A stretch of 64,000 bases of DNA from Pyrinomonadaceae bacterium (GTDB lineage Bacteria > Acidobacteriota > Blastocatellia > Pyrinomonadales > Pyrinomonadaceae), in NCBI GenBank assembly GCA_046262835.1, contig JBHELZ010000004.1, forward strand, positions 110,336-174,335. The letters are read 5' to 3'. The notes under the pieces are model-generated. The model was not told the origin of the DNA and did not search any database. It was given only the letters and a program-made list of their open reading frames with translations. Within the stretch, counting starts at the first letter, position 1, and every line of letters starts with the position of its first letter. Position numbers and translations under genes: made by a program. Shown piece by piece: positions 36,183 through 47,743 of this stretch.

Positions 36183-36941
36183 TTGACCGAAGAAAACAAT
36201 TTTTCAGGACGGGCTGCGATCGTGACCGGGGCCACCAGAGGTATCGGACGGGCAATCTCGCTGGAACTCGCGCGACGGGGCGCCCACGTGGCGTTCAATT
36301 ACGCCAAAAGCGCCGAAGCTGCCGACAGTTTGAAAAATGAAATTGAGAAGTCGGGCGTGCGCTGTTTGGCGTCGCAAGGCGACGTCGCTAATACTGAGGC
36401 GGCGGCCGAAATGGTAAGGCTCACTAAAGATGCCTTTGGACGAATCGATTTCCTCATCAATAACGCTGGCATCGTGCGCGACACTTTAATTCTGCGGATG
36501 AAAGAAGCTGACTGGGATGCAGTGATAGATACAAATCTGAAAGGCGCCTGGAATTTTTCAAAGGCAGCACTGCGGGTAATGCTGCGCCAGGATGGTGGCG
36601 GCTCGATTCTAAATATCACTTCGATCAGCGGAGTGGTCGGGATGGCCGGTCAATCAAATTATTCAGCCTCGAAAGCCGGTATGATCGGTTTGACCAAAGC
36701 GCTGGCGCGCGAAGTCGCCAGCCGCAAAGTTACGGTGAATGCGCTCGCGCTGGGAATGGTGGCAACCGATATGGCCGCTTCACTCGATGAGGGTTACCAG
36801 GCAAAACTTCTTGAACAGATTCCGCTGGGCCGATTTGCCCAGGCGGATGAGGTCGCGCGCATCGCGTGCTTCCTTTTATCAAATGATGCTCGCTATATCA
36901 CCGGGCAGGTGATCCAGGTTGATGGCGGCCTGGCGATGTGA
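36183..36941 (+). CDS. fabG: 3-oxoacyl-ACP reductase (SDR)
   Basis: 252 aa with TTG start. TGATRGIGRAI, NNAGI, YSASKAG. Confidence 0.8.
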   Translation: MTEENNFSGRAAIVTGATRGIGRAISLELARRGAHVAFNYAKSAEAADSLKNEIEKSGVRCLASQGDVANTEAAAEMVRLTKDAFGRIDFLINNAGIVRDTLILRMKEADWDAVIDTNLKGAWNFSKAALRVMLRQDGGGSILNITSISGVVGMAGQSNYSASKAGMIGLTKALAREVASRKVTVNALALGMVATDMAASLDEGYQAKLLEQIPLGRFAQADEVARIACFLLSNDARYITGQVIQVDGGLAM

Positions 36942-37073
36942 ACCAAGACATCAGGGTTAGTTTTAGAGCTTAGGAGAATCAGGATTGAGAGCAAATCTGG
37001 ATAGCTACGCCCGGACCTCGAATGAGTAAGCTCTAACACAATCAGATTTCAAGATCAGATTCAGACAGAAAAT

Positions 37074-37103
37074 CGCCCCGCCAATCATGCAACTGGCGGG
37101 GCG
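37074..37103. terminator. bidirectional rho-independent terminator candidate
   Basis: cgccccgcca-atcatgcaac-tggcggggcg gives a perfect 10-bp stem, flanked by aaaat upstream and aaaattt downstream. It lies between convergent fabG and the HEAT-like gene. Confidence 0.6.
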
Positions 37104-37396
37104 AAAATTTAAGGGTAGGTTCGGGTAGCTAAGGGTGGCTAGGCCAGACTTGAGAATCGTCGCTTACGTGCGATCCCGTACTTCATGGGTGGTGCTTGAC
37201 GGCGGTAAAAAGTCTGCGGCGGATAAAAAGAAGCTGCCGCTTCGCTTCGTAAACCCTGGCCCAGTGAAAACAGTTCTTAGCTAAAATTCTTTCAAAGAGC
37301 GTCGATAGCTGAAAGTACACCCGCTCCGGGTGCGAGGTCAAGCAAAAAATACACAAATGTGACAGCGCCGTGACAGTCGTTGAGTCTGTATGCGCT

Positions 37397-38596
37397 TTAT
37401 GACGCAGGTCCACGCATCTGTGACAATCGGTAAGCCTGCCGGCGGACACCTTCGGAGACGTTCCGATTTTGCGAAATCGAATTGAGATCTTTAGTGCGAA
37501 TGCGGGGAAGAATGTGGACGGCGGTAGCCATTGGCGTGCGAGGATTACGAGCGAGGTTATGAATGATCGGGTACGATCGCGCCCAGGCCCGATTCATTCC
37601 GATCAGCCGGAGCACTTCATCGGCTACGGTCCGCATGGCGGCGATGTTCTCAATCTCCTGATCGGAAATTCGGGGATTGTGAATCACACCCGTGGCTACA
37701 ATCTTGTTCGGGTCCCGAATCAGAATGCTGCGCGCCTCGCGGTCTCCCTTCAATGCCAACTTCATCCGGTCTTTCACTGTCATAAACATAATCCGGCGAA
37801 TCAGCGAGACTCGTTCGGGTGAGATGTCACCTTCGAGTCTTTCCGCGTTGAGCACGGCTTGAGCATTGGCGGCTGTCTGCTCGGGAGACTCGACCAGCAT
37901 CTCCTCGATGAATTCGCGCGCCAGCCACGAATCATCAATATCAACGTCCGATACTTCGATATGCTGGGCGATGACCCACGCATCGTCGATCGACAATTCG
38001 CCACCCGGCGTAGTCAGTTCGGCATTCTCAAAAAACTCGGCGGCCGCGCCGTTCCCTCGCGCGCGCAACTCCTGGGCGATCTGCCGCGCTCCCCGCTCCT
38101 TTTCAAAAAATTCGCGGCGCGTTTCTTTTGCTCGTCGTTCAGCCTCGGGGCTGCGTGCAGGGTTGAGCAGAATCGCGTCGATGATTTCCGGCGCCCGAAT
38201 CAGCCGTTGCTGATTAAGCGTGATTAATTCAATTAGCGAGGTGTCGGGCGTTGCGCCGGCCAACAGGGCAATCGCTTCGTCGGGACTGTTCGGATTGGCG
38301 GCAATTGCTTCATGTATTTCATTGCCCGCTGAGCCGAGCGCGGCCAAATAGCCAAGCACGGCCGCCGCGGTTGTTTCCGTCGCTGCGACTTGCAGCAGAT
38401 CGCCTGGCTGTTGCGTAGCCAGTGTTTCCTGCGCAGCCCGCGCCACCACGGGATCATTGTCCGCGGTCAGATGGACCAGTACCTCGAGCAGATCCGCCTG
38501 CGGAAGCGGTAACAATCCACGCGCTGCGGCGGAACGCGCAGCCGGAGGAGCGTTGCCTGAAATAATCGTTTGAACTACGGGATTACTGGATGTCAC
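37397..38596 (-). CDS. hypothetical HEAT/ARM-like repeat protein
   Basis: 399 aa, Ala/Leu-rich helical repeats with recurring NP..P motifs (ANPNSPDEA, LNPARSPEA, HNPRISDQE, RNPRTPMAT). Downstream of secA on the same strand. Confidence 0.5.
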   Translation of the reverse strand: MTSSNPVVQTIISGNAPPAARSAAARGLLPLPQADLLEVLVHLTADNDPVVARAAQETLATQQPGDLLQVAATETTAAAVLGYLAALGSAGNEIHEAIAANPNSPDEAIALLAGATPDTSLIELITLNQQRLIRAPEIIDAILLNPARSPEAERRAKETRREFFEKERGARQIAQELRARGNGAAAEFFENAELTTPGGELSIDDAWVIAQHIEVSDVDIDDSWLAREFIEEMLVESPEQTAANAQAVLNAERLEGDISPERVSLIRRIMFMTVKDRMKLALKGDREARSILIRDPNKIVATGVIHNPRISDQEIENIAAMRTVADEVLRLIGMNRAWARSYPIIHNLARNPRTPMATAVHILPRIRTKDLNSISQNRNVSEGVRRQAYRLSQMRGPAS

Positions 38597-38713
38597 TGGC
38601 GCCCTTTAGAAATTGAACGCATCGAAAAGTTCGATAATATAAGAGCGAGGGTGAGAGCGTTACCGCCACTCACCGCCTCCCGGCGGCGGATGGCACGGCT
38701 CATTGAGTCGAGT

Positions 38714-41479
38714 TCACATTGCCCCGTGACACTTCTTATATTTCTTTCCCGACCCGCACGGACATGGATCATTTCGGCCGACTTTTGGTTGGTCACGCAC
38801 AATGGTTTTCACTTTACCGGCTTCTTCTCCGGCAGGAGCCGCGCCCTGGTTTGGACCCGTAAAAGTCAACGGCCGCCGCGGGCCCCGTCTTTGGCGCAGG
38901 GTCTCCGGCGGCTGCTCTTCGACAATTTGTAGATTGAAGAGCGATCGGATCGTCGTAGTGTCGATGCGATCCAGCATCGCCTGAAACAAATCGAAACTCT
39001 CTTTTTTGTATTCGACCAGGGGATCTTTCTGTCCGTAGCCTACCAGTCCAATTCCCTGCTTCAAATGGTCAAGCGCCAGCAGATGGTCCTTCCACTGCGC
39101 GTCGATGATGTTGAGCATGATGATGCGTTCGTAGGTACGCATCGCTTCTTCGCCGATCTGTTTCTCTTTCTCGGCATATTTCGTTTTCAGTTTCTCCCAG
39201 ATGAACTCGTCGATCTCCTCCGAGGATGAATTCTGAAAATCGATGCCTTCAACTTCTGTATCGAGCGCGTAAATCGTCTGAATCTGAACCTTGTAATTCT
39301 CGGAGTCCCAGCTCTCGGGCGAGGCATTCGGATCAAGATATTGTTTGGTAAGATCGGCGAGCAGATCGCGCGCCACGCCGGTTTCGCCGAGCAGGTATTC
39401 GCGCTGGTCCGGTTCCTCCATTAACTGGCGGCGCAGACCGTAAATCGTCTCGCGCTGCTTGTTCATCACATCGTCGTATTCCAGGAGGTGCTTGCGCGTT
39501 TCAAAGTTGCGGCCTTCGACCGATTTTTGGGCGGCGGCGATCCGTTTCGAAACCATCTTTGATTCGATCGACACGCCCTCTTCCATGCCGAGCCGGCCCA
39601 TCAGGGCTTTGACCTTGTCGCCGGCAAAAATGCGCATCAGATCGTCTTCAAGTGAAAGGAAGAAGCGGGACGATCCGGGATCCCCCTGCCGTCCGGAGCG
39701 GCCGCGCAGCTGATTATCGATGCGGCGGGACTCATGGCGTTCAGTGCCGAGGATATGCAGGCCGCCCAGCGAAACCACTTCTTTGTGTTCCGATTCAACG
39801 ATGCCCCTGGCCTTCAGGTATTCCTGTTGCCATTGCGATTCGGTCGCCTCGTCCGGATCAACTTCCTGCTCTTTCAGGAACTCGCGCGCCATGAAATCCG
39901 GATTCCCGCCGAGAAGGATGTCCGTGCCGCGGCCGGCCATGTTGGTTGCGATCGTGATGGCCCCCTTGCGCCCTGCTTGCGCAACGATCTCAGCTTCGCG
40001 CTCGTGGTACTTGGCGTTGAGCACGTTGTGCGGAACACCCACGCGCTGCAAGCGGCGGGAAATCAATTCCGAATTCTCTACCGACACCGTGCCCACGAGG
40101 ACTGGCTGTCCGTGCTCGTATCTGTCCTTAATCTCTTCGACGACCGCGTCCCACTTTTCCGGAAGCGTCCGGTAAATCACGTCGGGATTGTCCTTGCGGA
40201 TCATCGGCATATGCGTCGGGATCACGATCACATCAAGCTTGTAGGTTGAGTGAAACTCGCCCGCTTCCGTCTCGGCAGTACCGGTCATGCCGGAGAGCTT
40301 TTCGTAAAGGCGGAAATAATTCTGCAGCGTGATCGTGGCAAGCGTCTGGTTCTCGCGCTCGATCTTGACATTTTCTTTGGCTTCGACCGCCTGGTGCAGG
40401 CCATCGGACCAACGGCGGCCTTTCATCAAACGGCCGGTGAAATCGTCGACAATAATCACTTCGCCATCCTGGACGACGTACTGATGGTCCAGCCGGTAAA
40501 GCGTGTGGGCCTTCAGGGCCTGCTCGACGCAGTGCAGCAATTCCATATTCCCGGGATCGTAGAGATTGCCGACGCCCAGCAGCCGCTCAGCTTTGTCAAC
40601 GCCTTCTTCGGTCAGCACCGCCGAGTGATTCTTTTCGTCGACAACATAGTCACCAGTCTTTTTGTTCTCTTCCAGCTCTTCACCGCGAATAAGCTGGGGG
40701 ATGATCGCGTTAGCCTGATAGTATTTGTCTGTCGATTCTTCCGAAGGCCCGGAGATGATCAAAGGGGTGCGCGCTTCATCGATCAGGATCGAATCGACTT
40801 CGTCGACAATGGCGTGATAGTGCCCACGCTGGACGCAAGTCGCGAGATCAAATTTCATGTTGTCGCGCAGATAATCGAAGCCAAACTCGTTGTTCGTTCC
40901 ATAGGTGATGTCGGCCGCGTACGCGGTCTGCCGCTCAAAATCATCCATGTCGTTCTGAATGACGCCGACTCCCAAACCGAGGAAGCGATAGATTTGGCCC
41001 ATCCACTCGGCGTCGCGCGCCGCAAGGTAATCGTTGACCGTAATCACGTGCACGCCGCGGCCCGTCAAAGCGTTAAGGTAAGCAGGCAGCGTAGCTACCA
41101 GCGTCTTACCTTCGCCGGTGCGCATCTCGCCAATTTTGCCCTGATGCAGCACCAGCCCGCCGATCATCTGCACATCGAAGTGGCGCATTCCGGTGGTGCG
41201 CTTACTGGCTTCGCGGACGACCGCGAAGGCTTCAGGCAGCATTTCGTGCAGCGCTTGTTGTTCGCGATACTTGCGATCGTCTTTGTCACGCGCGTCCTTG
41301 AGGGCCGCAGCTACTCTTTCCTTAAACTCGATCGTCTTCCCACGCAGTTCGTCATCCGACAGCTTCTGGACCGCAGGCTCGAAGTCGCTTATCTGCAGGA
41401 TCATCGGTCGAATGCTCTTTAAGAAGCGCTCGTTACTACTGCCAAAAACCTTGGTTAGTACTTTATCGAAACTACTCAT
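38714..41479 (-). CDS. secA: preprotein translocase ATPase SecA
   Basis: 921 aa. [20 protein letters not shown] (Walker A), [20 protein letters not shown]-terminal zinc finger [14 protein letters not shown]. Confidence 0.95.
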   Translation of the reverse strand: MSSFDKVLTKVFGSSNERFLKSIRPMILQISDFEPAVQKLSDDELRGKTIEFKERVAAALKDARDKDDRKYREQQALHEMLPEAFAVVREASKRTTGMRHFDVQMIGGLVLHQGKIGEMRTGEGKTLVATLPAYLNALTGRGVHVITVNDYLAARDAEWMGQIYRFLGLGVGVIQNDMDDFERQTAYAADITYGTNNEFGFDYLRDNMKFDLATCVQRGHYHAIVDEVDSILIDEARTPLIISGPSEESTDKYYQANAIIPQLIRGEELEENKKTGDYVVDEKNHSAVLTEEGVDKAERLLGVGNLYDPGNMELLHCVEQALKAHTLYRLDHQYVVQDGEVIIVDDFTGRLMKGRRWSDGLHQAVEAKENVKIERENQTLATITLQNYFRLYEKLSGMTGTAETEAGEFHSTYKLDVIVIPTHMPMIRKDNPDVIYRTLPEKWDAVVEEIKDRYEHGQPVLVGTVSVENSELISRRLQRVGVPHNVLNAKYHEREAEIVAQAGRKGAITIATNMAGRGTDILLGGNPDFMAREFLKEQEVDPDEATESQWQQEYLKARGIVESEHKEVVSLGGLHILGTERHESRRIDNQLRGRSGRQGDPGSSRFFLSLEDDLMRIFAGDKVKALMGRLGMEEGVSIESKMVSKRIAAAQKSVEGRNFETRKHLLEYDDVMNKQRETIYGLRRQLMEEPDQREYLLGETGVARDLLADLTKQYLDPNASPESWDSENYKVQIQTIYALDTEVEGIDFQNSSSEEIDEFIWEKLKTKYAEKEKQIGEEAMRTYERIIMLNIIDAQWKDHLLALDHLKQGIGLVGYGQKDPLVEYKKESFDLFQAMLDRIDTTTIRSLFNLQIVEEQPPETLRQRRGPRRPLTFTGPNQGAAPAGEEAGKVKTIVRDQPKVGRNDPCPCGSGKKYKKCHGAM

Positions 41480-41637
41480 CTGTTTTATTCAATTCTAATC
41501 TCTTGGATTCTTTTATCCTCTACGAACGCAGTTTGTGATTGTACGAGAGCGCAGAGTTGCCAATCAAGCGCGCTTGATCGCTCCCGTTCTCTGTGGTTGA
41601 CTAGACCGCCGCAATTGCTTCAAAACATACCGTATCC

Positions 41638-43065
41638 ATGACAAAGCGCCCAACGATCATGAAATTCGGCGGCACGTCAGTTGAGGACGCTATCGCCATC
41701 CGGAACGTGGCGGCAATCGTGAAACTGGCAGTCAGCTCGCGCCCGGTCATTATCGTGTCGGCGATCCGCGGATTCACTAATTCATTGCTGGCCAGCGTAG
41801 GAAAAGCAATCGACGGCGATGCCCGGGCCGCCACGAAATCGCTTGACCCTGATTTTGATCGCCACTTGACGATTGCCAGACAACTGCTCGACAAGGATTC
41901 GTGCGCGGCATTCGTGGCGACAATTGGCGATGCGCGGAGCAAGATACGGCAATTGCACAAGATCATCGCCGCGCATCCGGTCACCAGTCCGCCGCTGCAG
42001 GATGAGATCGCGGCCTACGGCGAACAGCTATCTTCTCAATTGTTGACGGCGGCGCTGTTAGAACATGATGTGGCCGCGCGTCACGTCGATGCTCGTTGCT
42101 GTATCAAGACGGACGAAACGTATGGCGCAGCCACGCCGCAAGCAGTAACCGCGAACGCGATCACGGCTGAACTGGAACCTTTGCTTAACGTCGCAAAAAT
42201 TCCGGTGCTCGGAGGTTTTATTGGCAGCACCGCGCGAGGTGTCACCACCACACTTGGCCGTGGCGGATCTGATTACTCGGCCGCGATTATCGGGGCGGCC
42301 CTGAACGCGCGCGAGATTCAAATCTGGACGGACGTGAGCGGTGTGCTGACGGCTGATCCGCGAATCATTACTAATGCCCGGACAATCCCGGTTCTCTCTT
42401 ACGAGGAAGCGGCTGAGCTCGCTTACTTTGGCGCCAAAGTGCTGCATCCGAAGACAATTCAGCCGGCGATCGACAAGCGCATTTCCGTCCGTGTGTGTAA
42501 CTCGCGCGCGCCGCGCGAAGCTGGCACGCTGATAGTTTCAGAGTCAGCGGCCGCGCCGCAGACAATCAAAGCGATCGCGCACAAGACCGGAATCACGACG
42601 GTCCAGGTCACGTCGGCACGAATGCTCGGCGCCTATGGTTTCTTACGCGCCTTGTTCGAAGTATTTGATCGACACCGGACCGCCGTTGATGTGGTGACGA
42701 CTTCGGAAGTCAGTGTCTCGCTTTCGATCGATGACGCGACTGCCTTGCCCGAGCTGATTCCTGATCTCGAAGAGTTGGGAACAGTTGAAGTAGAAGAGGA
42801 TCGCACAATAATTTCGGTGGTCGGCGAGGGCTTGCGAAACACGCCCGGGATTGCGGCCCGAGTTTTCTCAGTGCTTAGCGAGATTAACGTTTCAATGATT
42901 TCAGTTGGCGCCTCCAGCGTAAATCTGACTTTTATGGTGGACGAAGCTCACGCCGAGGAAGCGATTCTGCGGCTGCATCGCGTGTGTTTTGAAGATGAAG
43001 CCGGCGGAAAAGGCTCCGGCTCCGGCGCTATCCCTTATAGTCGGGTTTCTGCGGTGCGGAGGTGA
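41638..43065 (+). CDS. lysC: aspartate kinase
   Basis: 475 aa. IMKFGGTSV, GRGGSDYSAA, WTDVSGVLTADPR and C-terminal ACT-like repeats. Confidence 0.9.
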   Translation: MTKRPTIMKFGGTSVEDAIAIRNVAAIVKLAVSSRPVIIVSAIRGFTNSLLASVGKAIDGDARAATKSLDPDFDRHLTIARQLLDKDSCAAFVATIGDARSKIRQLHKIIAAHPVTSPPLQDEIAAYGEQLSSQLLTAALLEHDVAARHVDARCCIKTDETYGAATPQAVTANAITAELEPLLNVAKIPVLGGFIGSTARGVTTTLGRGGSDYSAAIIGAALNAREIQIWTDVSGVLTADPRIITNARTIPVLSYEEAAELAYFGAKVLHPKTIQPAIDKRISVRVCNSRAPREAGTLIVSESAAAPQTIKAIAHKTGITTVQVTSARMLGAYGFLRALFEVFDRHRTAVDVVTTSEVSVSLSIDDATALPELIPDLEELGTVEVEEDRTIISVVGEGLRNTPGIAARVFSVLSEINVSMISVGASSVNLTFMVDEAHAEEAILRLHRVCFEDEAGGKGSGSGAIPYSRVSAVRR

Positions 43066-43066
43066 T

Positions 43067-44095
43067 GTGTTGGCGAGTCCGGTGGATGTCATTCGCCTCA
43101 CGCGCGAGCTGATCGATATTCCTTCCGTTACCGGCGAGGAGTTTCAGATTGGCACGTCGCTTGGCGAATTGCTGGTGCGACTCGGATACCACGTTGAGTT
43201 ACAGGACGTGGAAGACGAGAGAGCGAACATCATCGCCACGACGGAAGCCCGGCCACGGATTATGCTTTCGACGCACATGGACACCGTGCCCCCGTTCATC
43301 GCCTCAAGCGAAGACGACGACTCGATCTATGGACGAGGAGCTTGTGATGCGAAAGGAATAATCGCGACCCAAATTGCCGCCGCCGAACGGCTTCGCTCTG
43401 AAGGTATCAACGAAGTCGGGCTCCTCTTCACCGTTGATGAAGAAGTCACGAGTGGCGGCGCCAAATTAGCGAACGAACATCCGCTGGCAGAATCGTGCGA
43501 GTACCTGATCAATGGCGAGCCTACGGACAATCAACTGGCGATCGGGACCAGGGGATCACTGCAAGCAGTCGTGGCCACGAAAGGCCGCGCCGCGCATTCG
43601 GCTTACCCGGAAGCGGGCGAGTCGGCAATCGAGAAGCTGCTGGATGTGCTCGATGATATTCGCCACCTCAACTGGCCGGGGGACGAAGTCTTTGGCGAGA
43701 CCACCTGCAATATAGGAATCATCGCGGGAGGCACGCGGGCAAACGTGGTTCCTGATGCCGCAGAGGCGACGCTACAGCTTCGTCTTGCGGTCGAGTCGGC
43801 TGCGGTCAAACCTTTAATCGAGCAGACGATCGCGGGCCGCGCGCATATTGACTACCGTTCAGTTCATGATCCGGTGCGCCTGCTAACACTCGACGGCTTG
43901 GATCGCATGCTGGCGCGTTTTACGACTGATATTCCTTATCTGTCAAATTGGGGACAGCCGCTGCTGATTGGACCGGGATCGATTTTAGTCGCGCATACCG
44001 ATCATGAAAGAGTGGAGAAGAGTGAGCTGTTGAGTGCAGTGGATATCTATGTCGACCTTGTACGCAGACTGAGCTTACAGAACCGGCAACCATGA
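43067..44095 (+). CDS. M20 family metallopeptidase, probably succinyl-diaminopimelate desuccinylase (DapE/ArgE type)
   Basis: GTG at 43067 follows ggagg and the lysC stop. LIDIPSVTGEE, HMDTVPP, GRGACDAKG, NGEPT. Lies within the DAP cluster. Confidence 0.7.
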   Translation: MLASPVDVIRLTRELIDIPSVTGEEFQIGTSLGELLVRLGYHVELQDVEDERANIIATTEARPRIMLSTHMDTVPPFIASSEDDDSIYGRGACDAKGIIATQIAAAERLRSEGINEVGLLFTVDEEVTSGGAKLANEHPLAESCEYLINGEPTDNQLAIGTRGSLQAVVATKGRAAHSAYPEAGESAIEKLLDVLDDIRHLNWPGDEVFGETTCNIGIIAGGTRANVVPDAAEATLQLRLAVESAAVKPLIEQTIAGRAHIDYRSVHDPVRLLTLDGLDRMLARFTTDIPYLSNWGQPLLIGPGSILVAHTDHERVEKSELLSAVDIYVDLVRRLSLQNRQP

Positions 44096-44814
44096 AGATC
44101 GCGCTAATCGGCTATGGAGCGATGGGTCAACTAGTCGGCAGACTGGCGGCTGAGCAGGGCCATCAAATCACTTTGACGTTGGATGTTGAAGCTGCCGAGC
44201 GCAGCATCGACGACCTTGTCCAGGTTCTGCGCGCATGTGAGGTGGCAATCGATTTTTCCATCGCCGACGCGGTCCCGAAAGATGTGGCATCGTGTGCACG
44301 GGCCGGTGTGCCGCTGGTTGTCGGGACGACGGGGTGGCAAACGCGGCTCGAAGAAGTACGGCGGGTGGTCGAGCAGTACGATGGCGCTCTGATTTATGGC
44401 GCAAATTTCTCGATCGGCGTACAGCTCTTTTATCGGATCGCTGCGCACGCCGCCGAACTGTTTGGCAATGTCGACTCCTACGATCCATTTATCGAGGAAG
44501 CTCATCACAAACGGAAGCGCGATGCACCTTCAGGTACAGCGATGCAACTTCGCGGAATCGTTGGCGGAAAGCTTGAACGCGAGGTGCCCGTTTCTTCAAC
44601 ACGCGCCGGTTACATTCCCGGTACGCATCGACTTGGCTTTGACTCCGTCGCCGATGAGATCACAATCACCCATGAAGCTCGATCGCGCGAAGGCTTTGCG
44701 GCCGGCGCGCTGCTCGCCGCGGAGTGGATTGTGCGACGCAAGGGTGTCTACGAGTTTTCAGAAGTGTTCGATGAGATAATTAGGCACAGAGACGCAGAGA
44801 GACAGACAAAATGA
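44092..44814 (+). CDS. dapB: 4-hydroxy-tetrahydrodipicolinate reductase
   Basis: 240 aa. MKIALIGYGAMG, EAHHKRKRDAPSGTA. ATGA overlap with the preceding gene. Confidence 0.85.
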   Translation: MKIALIGYGAMGQLVGRLAAEQGHQITLTLDVEAAERSIDDLVQVLRACEVAIDFSIADAVPKDVASCARAGVPLVVGTTGWQTRLEEVRRVVEQYDGALIYGANFSIGVQLFYRIAAHAAELFGNVDSYDPFIEEAHHKRKRDAPSGTAMQLRGIVGGKLEREVPVSSTRAGYIPGTHRLGFDSVADEITITHEARSREGFAAGALLAAEWIVRRKGVYEFSEVFDEIIRHRDAERQTK

Positions 44815-44869
44815 AAGAGAGTTCAAGCGAAGCTTTTCGTCCCTGTGTCTCTCTGTCGCGCTTAGTGAG

Positions 44870-45799
44870 GTGGGACTTATGACGATGAAACTTGACTGGA
44901 TGCGCGGATGCGCGACGGCTTTGGTAACGCCATTCAAAGCCGATGGCGAGGTTGATGAGCAGGGCATGCGGCTGCTCGTCGATCGACAAATTAAGGGGGG
45001 CGTTCGTTTGCTCGTCCCCTGCGGCACGACCGGCGAAAGCGCAACGATGACTGAGGAAGAAGATGCGCGCGTGATTGGGTTGACGATAGAAGTCGCGCGC
45101 GAACGTGCCAAAGTTATAGCAGGCGCGGGCAGCAACGCGACTGCATCGGCGATTGAGTACTCAAAACGGGCCCGCGACCTGGGCGCCGATGCGGTGCTGC
45201 AAGTCGCGCCCTGGTACAACAAGCCCACCCAGGAAGGCTTGTACGCTCACTTTCGCGCCATCGCGGACGCTGTCCCGGAAATGCCAATCATGCTTTACAA
45301 CGTGCCGGGCCGCACTTCGTCGAACATCGCTGCCCAGACGACGCTGCGGCTCGCGCGCGATTGTGAAAATATCGTTGCTATCAAGGAAGCGTCAGGCAGT
45401 TTAACGCAGATCATGGAAATATTGCGCGAGCGGCCGGCGGGTTTTTCTGTCTTGTCGGGCGACGATGCGGTGACGTTGCCGCTAATTGCGCTGGGCGCAG
45501 AAGGATTAGTTAGCGTCGCGTCAAATGAAGTTCCGGATCATATGTCACGCATGACGAACCTCGCCCTGGAGGGAAACTGGGACGAGGCGCGCGCCTTGCA
45601 CTACCGTTTGTTGCCTTTGATGGAAGTGAACTTTATTGAGTCAAGTCCCGGGCCCGTCAAAGCGGCCATGGCTCTGATGGGATTGCTCGAAGAGAATTTT
45701 CGATTGCCGTTGGTGCCGGTTCAAAAAACCAGCCGCACGCGAATTCGCGCAGTGCTCGCCGAACTCGGCGTGCTGGAGACTGCACAAGCAGCTGCTTAA
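44870..45799 (+). CDS. dapA: 4-hydroxy-tetrahydrodipicolinate synthase
   Basis: ALVTPF, GTTGESATMT, YNVPGRT, AIKEASG. The start may be a few codons downstream (MKLDWM). Confidence 0.9.
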   Translation: MGLMTMKLDWMRGCATALVTPFKADGEVDEQGMRLLVDRQIKGGVRLLVPCGTTGESATMTEEEDARVIGLTIEVARERAKVIAGAGSNATASAIEYSKRARDLGADAVLQVAPWYNKPTQEGLYAHFRAIADAVPEMPIMLYNVPGRTSSNIAAQTTLRLARDCENIVAIKEASGSLTQIMEILRERPAGFSVLSGDDAVTLPLIALGAEGLVSVASNEVPDHMSRMTNLALEGNWDEARALHYRLLPLMEVNFIESSPGPVKAAMALMGLLEENFRLPLVPVQKTSRTRIRAVLAELGVLETAQAAA

Positions 45800-45927
45800 G
45801 AAGTCAGAACCGCCTGCGGGTAGCGGGTGGGCCTTATTTCTGTCTGATGGAACGATTGCAGTGTCGCTCAAGCGATGAGTATGTTCTGAACGGGCAGGGA
45901 GACGACCTGCCATACTTTGATTAAGAT

Positions 45928-46791
45928 ATGGCCCGCGCCCCCTCAGGCGGTTCTAACTTCATGCAAACGCAGATCGAAGAACTTGCATCACGCGATCCAC
46001 AGAATTACTCGGATCAGGACTTCGCAATCTTCAATGACTTCAAGGCTGCTCTGAACCGCGGTCAGATTCGCGCGGCCGAACGCGACGCTGGGGGAACGTG
46101 GCGCACGAACGCGTGGGTAAAGCGCGGCATTCTGCTCGGCTTCCGCATGGGATCAATTGTTGAAATGACGCCGCCGGGAGCGCCGTTGCAGTTTCTGGAC
46201 AAAGACACTTATCCAATTCATTCATTTGCGCCTGCAGATCGCGTGCGCATCGTCCCGGGAGGGTCGAGCATTCGCGACGGCGCTTACGTTGCGCCGGGTG
46301 TGGTCTGCATGCCACCCATGTTCGTCAATGCCGGCGCCTATGTAGACGAGGGAACGATGATAGACAGCCACGCGTTGGTCGGATCATGCGCTCAAATCGG
46401 AAAGCGCGTGCATCTCTCGGCGGCGGCGCAAATCGGCGGTGTCCTGGAGCCCGCGGGAGCAATCCCGGTGATTATCGAAGACGACGTGATTGTTGGCGGT
46501 AATTGCGGCGTTTATGAAGGCGCGATTGTGCGCGAACGCGCGGTGCTCGCCTCGGGGACGATTATTACGGGTTCGACTCCTGTTTTTGATCTTGTTCGCG
46601 AGACGATTTACCGACGCTCTGCGGATTCGCCCCTGGAAATCCCGGCCGGCGCTGTGGTCGTGCCGGGCGCGCGACGAATTCAAACCGAAAAGGGCCGTGA
46701 ATGGGGCCTATCGCTTTACGCTCCAGTGATCGTCAAGTACCGCGATGAAAAGACAGATGCGGCGACGCAATTGGAGGAGGCGCTGCGTTGA
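45928..46791 (+). CDS. dapD: 2,3,4,5-tetrahydropyridine-2,6-dicarboxylate N-succinyltransferase
   Basis: [43 protein letters not shown] closely parallels E. coli DapD (recalled sequence). The start may be ATG 45961. Confidence 0.85.
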   Translation: MARAPSGGSNFMQTQIEELASRDPQNYSDQDFAIFNDFKAALNRGQIRAAERDAGGTWRTNAWVKRGILLGFRMGSIVEMTPPGAPLQFLDKDTYPIHSFAPADRVRIVPGGSSIRDGAYVAPGVVCMPPMFVNAGAYVDEGTMIDSHALVGSCAQIGKRVHLSAAAQIGGVLEPAGAIPVIIEDDVIVGGNCGVYEGAIVRERAVLASGTIITGSTPVFDLVRETIYRRSADSPLEIPAGAVVVPGARRIQTEKGREWGLSLYAPVIVKYRDEKTDAATQLEEALR

Positions 46792-46840
46792 ACTTTCGAA
46801 TACTTGACCGGAGTTTCTAATACCGCCTACTCTTTCAGAC

Positions 46841-47734
46841 TTGAAGAATATGGTTGCACCTTCGCTCCAACCAGCTCTGCCGTCTCCGCTTTCCACTTTT
46901 GATCGTCGGACTGCGCGACCGTTTCTGAAATGGGTGGGTGGCAAGCAACAACTCCTTACCCAGTTCGAGCCACTGTTTCCTGCCAAGTTTCGAAGATATT
47001 TTGAACCGTTCGCCGGTGGAGCGGCGGTTTTCTTTCACCTTTGGAATACGCGCCGGCTGCCCTCTGAAGCTTTTATATTTGACAATAATTCGGAACTCAT
47101 AAATGCGTACCTTGTAATAAGAGACAAAGTTGATGCACTTATTCTCGAGTTGTCGGTCCATCAAAAGCTTCATTCGAAGTCCTATTACTACAAGATTCGA
47201 GGGCTCGATCGAGATAAGACTCAACTTAGCGATGTACAAAGGGCGGCGCGTTCCGTTTATCTGAACCGGACTTGTTACAACGGATTATTTCGCGTGAATA
47301 GCAAGGGGCAATTTAATGTCCCGATGGGCAGCTACCTCAGCCCTCAAGTCTTGCTTGAGCCCGTTATAAGGGCGGCAAGCGGCGCACTGCAGGGCGTCAC
47401 GATTCAGCTAAGAGACTTTCATAGCATCCTTAGCCTTAGCCAGCCGGGCGATTTTTTTTATTTCGATCCTCCATATGATCCGCTAACGAAAACAGCAAGC
47501 TTTACCAGTTACACAGCTGAGAGTTTTAGCGAAGACGATCAACGGGAGCTTGCGAAGGTCGTAACTGCATTATCCGAACAAGGTGCCTACATCATGCTGA
47601 GCAACTCGAAGACTCCGCTTATTCTAGAATTGTATGAAAGGTTCCGCATCAATACTGTCCAAGCACGGCGTGCGGTGAATTCAGACGCAAATGGGAGGGG
47701 TCGCATTGAGGAGGTAGTGGTTTTGAATTACTAA
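46841..47734 (+). CDS. Dam-family (D12 class) N6-adenine DNA methyltransferase
   Basis: PFLKWVGGKQQLL, EPFAGGAAVFF (SAM motif), YLNRTCYNGLFRVNSKGQFNVP, FYFDPPY (DPPY catalytic motif). TTG at 46841 or ATG at 46850. Visibly AT-richer than its flanks. Confidence 0.85.
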   Translation: MKNMVAPSLQPALPSPLSTFDRRTARPFLKWVGGKQQLLTQFEPLFPAKFRRYFEPFAGGAAVFFHLWNTRRLPSEAFIFDNNSELINAYLVIRDKVDALILELSVHQKLHSKSYYYKIRGLDRDKTQLSDVQRAARSVYLNRTCYNGLFRVNSKGQFNVPMGSYLSPQVLLEPVIRAASGALQGVTIQLRDFHSILSLSQPGDFFYFDPPYDPLTKTASFTSYTAESFSEDDQRELAKVVTALSEQGAYIMLSNSKTPLILELYERFRINTVQARRAVNSDANGRGRIEEVVVLNY

Positions 47735-47743
47735 GGCGCGCAT

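Noticed and set aside
40250-41422. 390-aa plus-strand ORF (and several others at 39459-40249) inside the secA region
   Set aside because: It is antisense to an unmistakable secA reading frame. The composition is Arg/Leu/Val-rich, typical of shadow ORFs in GC-rich DNA, and no motifs were recognised.
41480-41637. Possible lysine riboswitch (L-box) upstream of lysC
   Set aside because: The spacer is only about 158 nt and shared with the divergent secA promoter. I could not find the conserved L-box helices or the AGAGGxGC-type core by eye.
42989-43066. N-terminal 26 codons of the M20 peptidase ORF overlapping lysC
   Set aside because: The GTG at 43067, right after the lysC stop and a GGAGG, gives a protein starting at the conserved LIDIPSVTGEE region. 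The long overlap is unnecessary.
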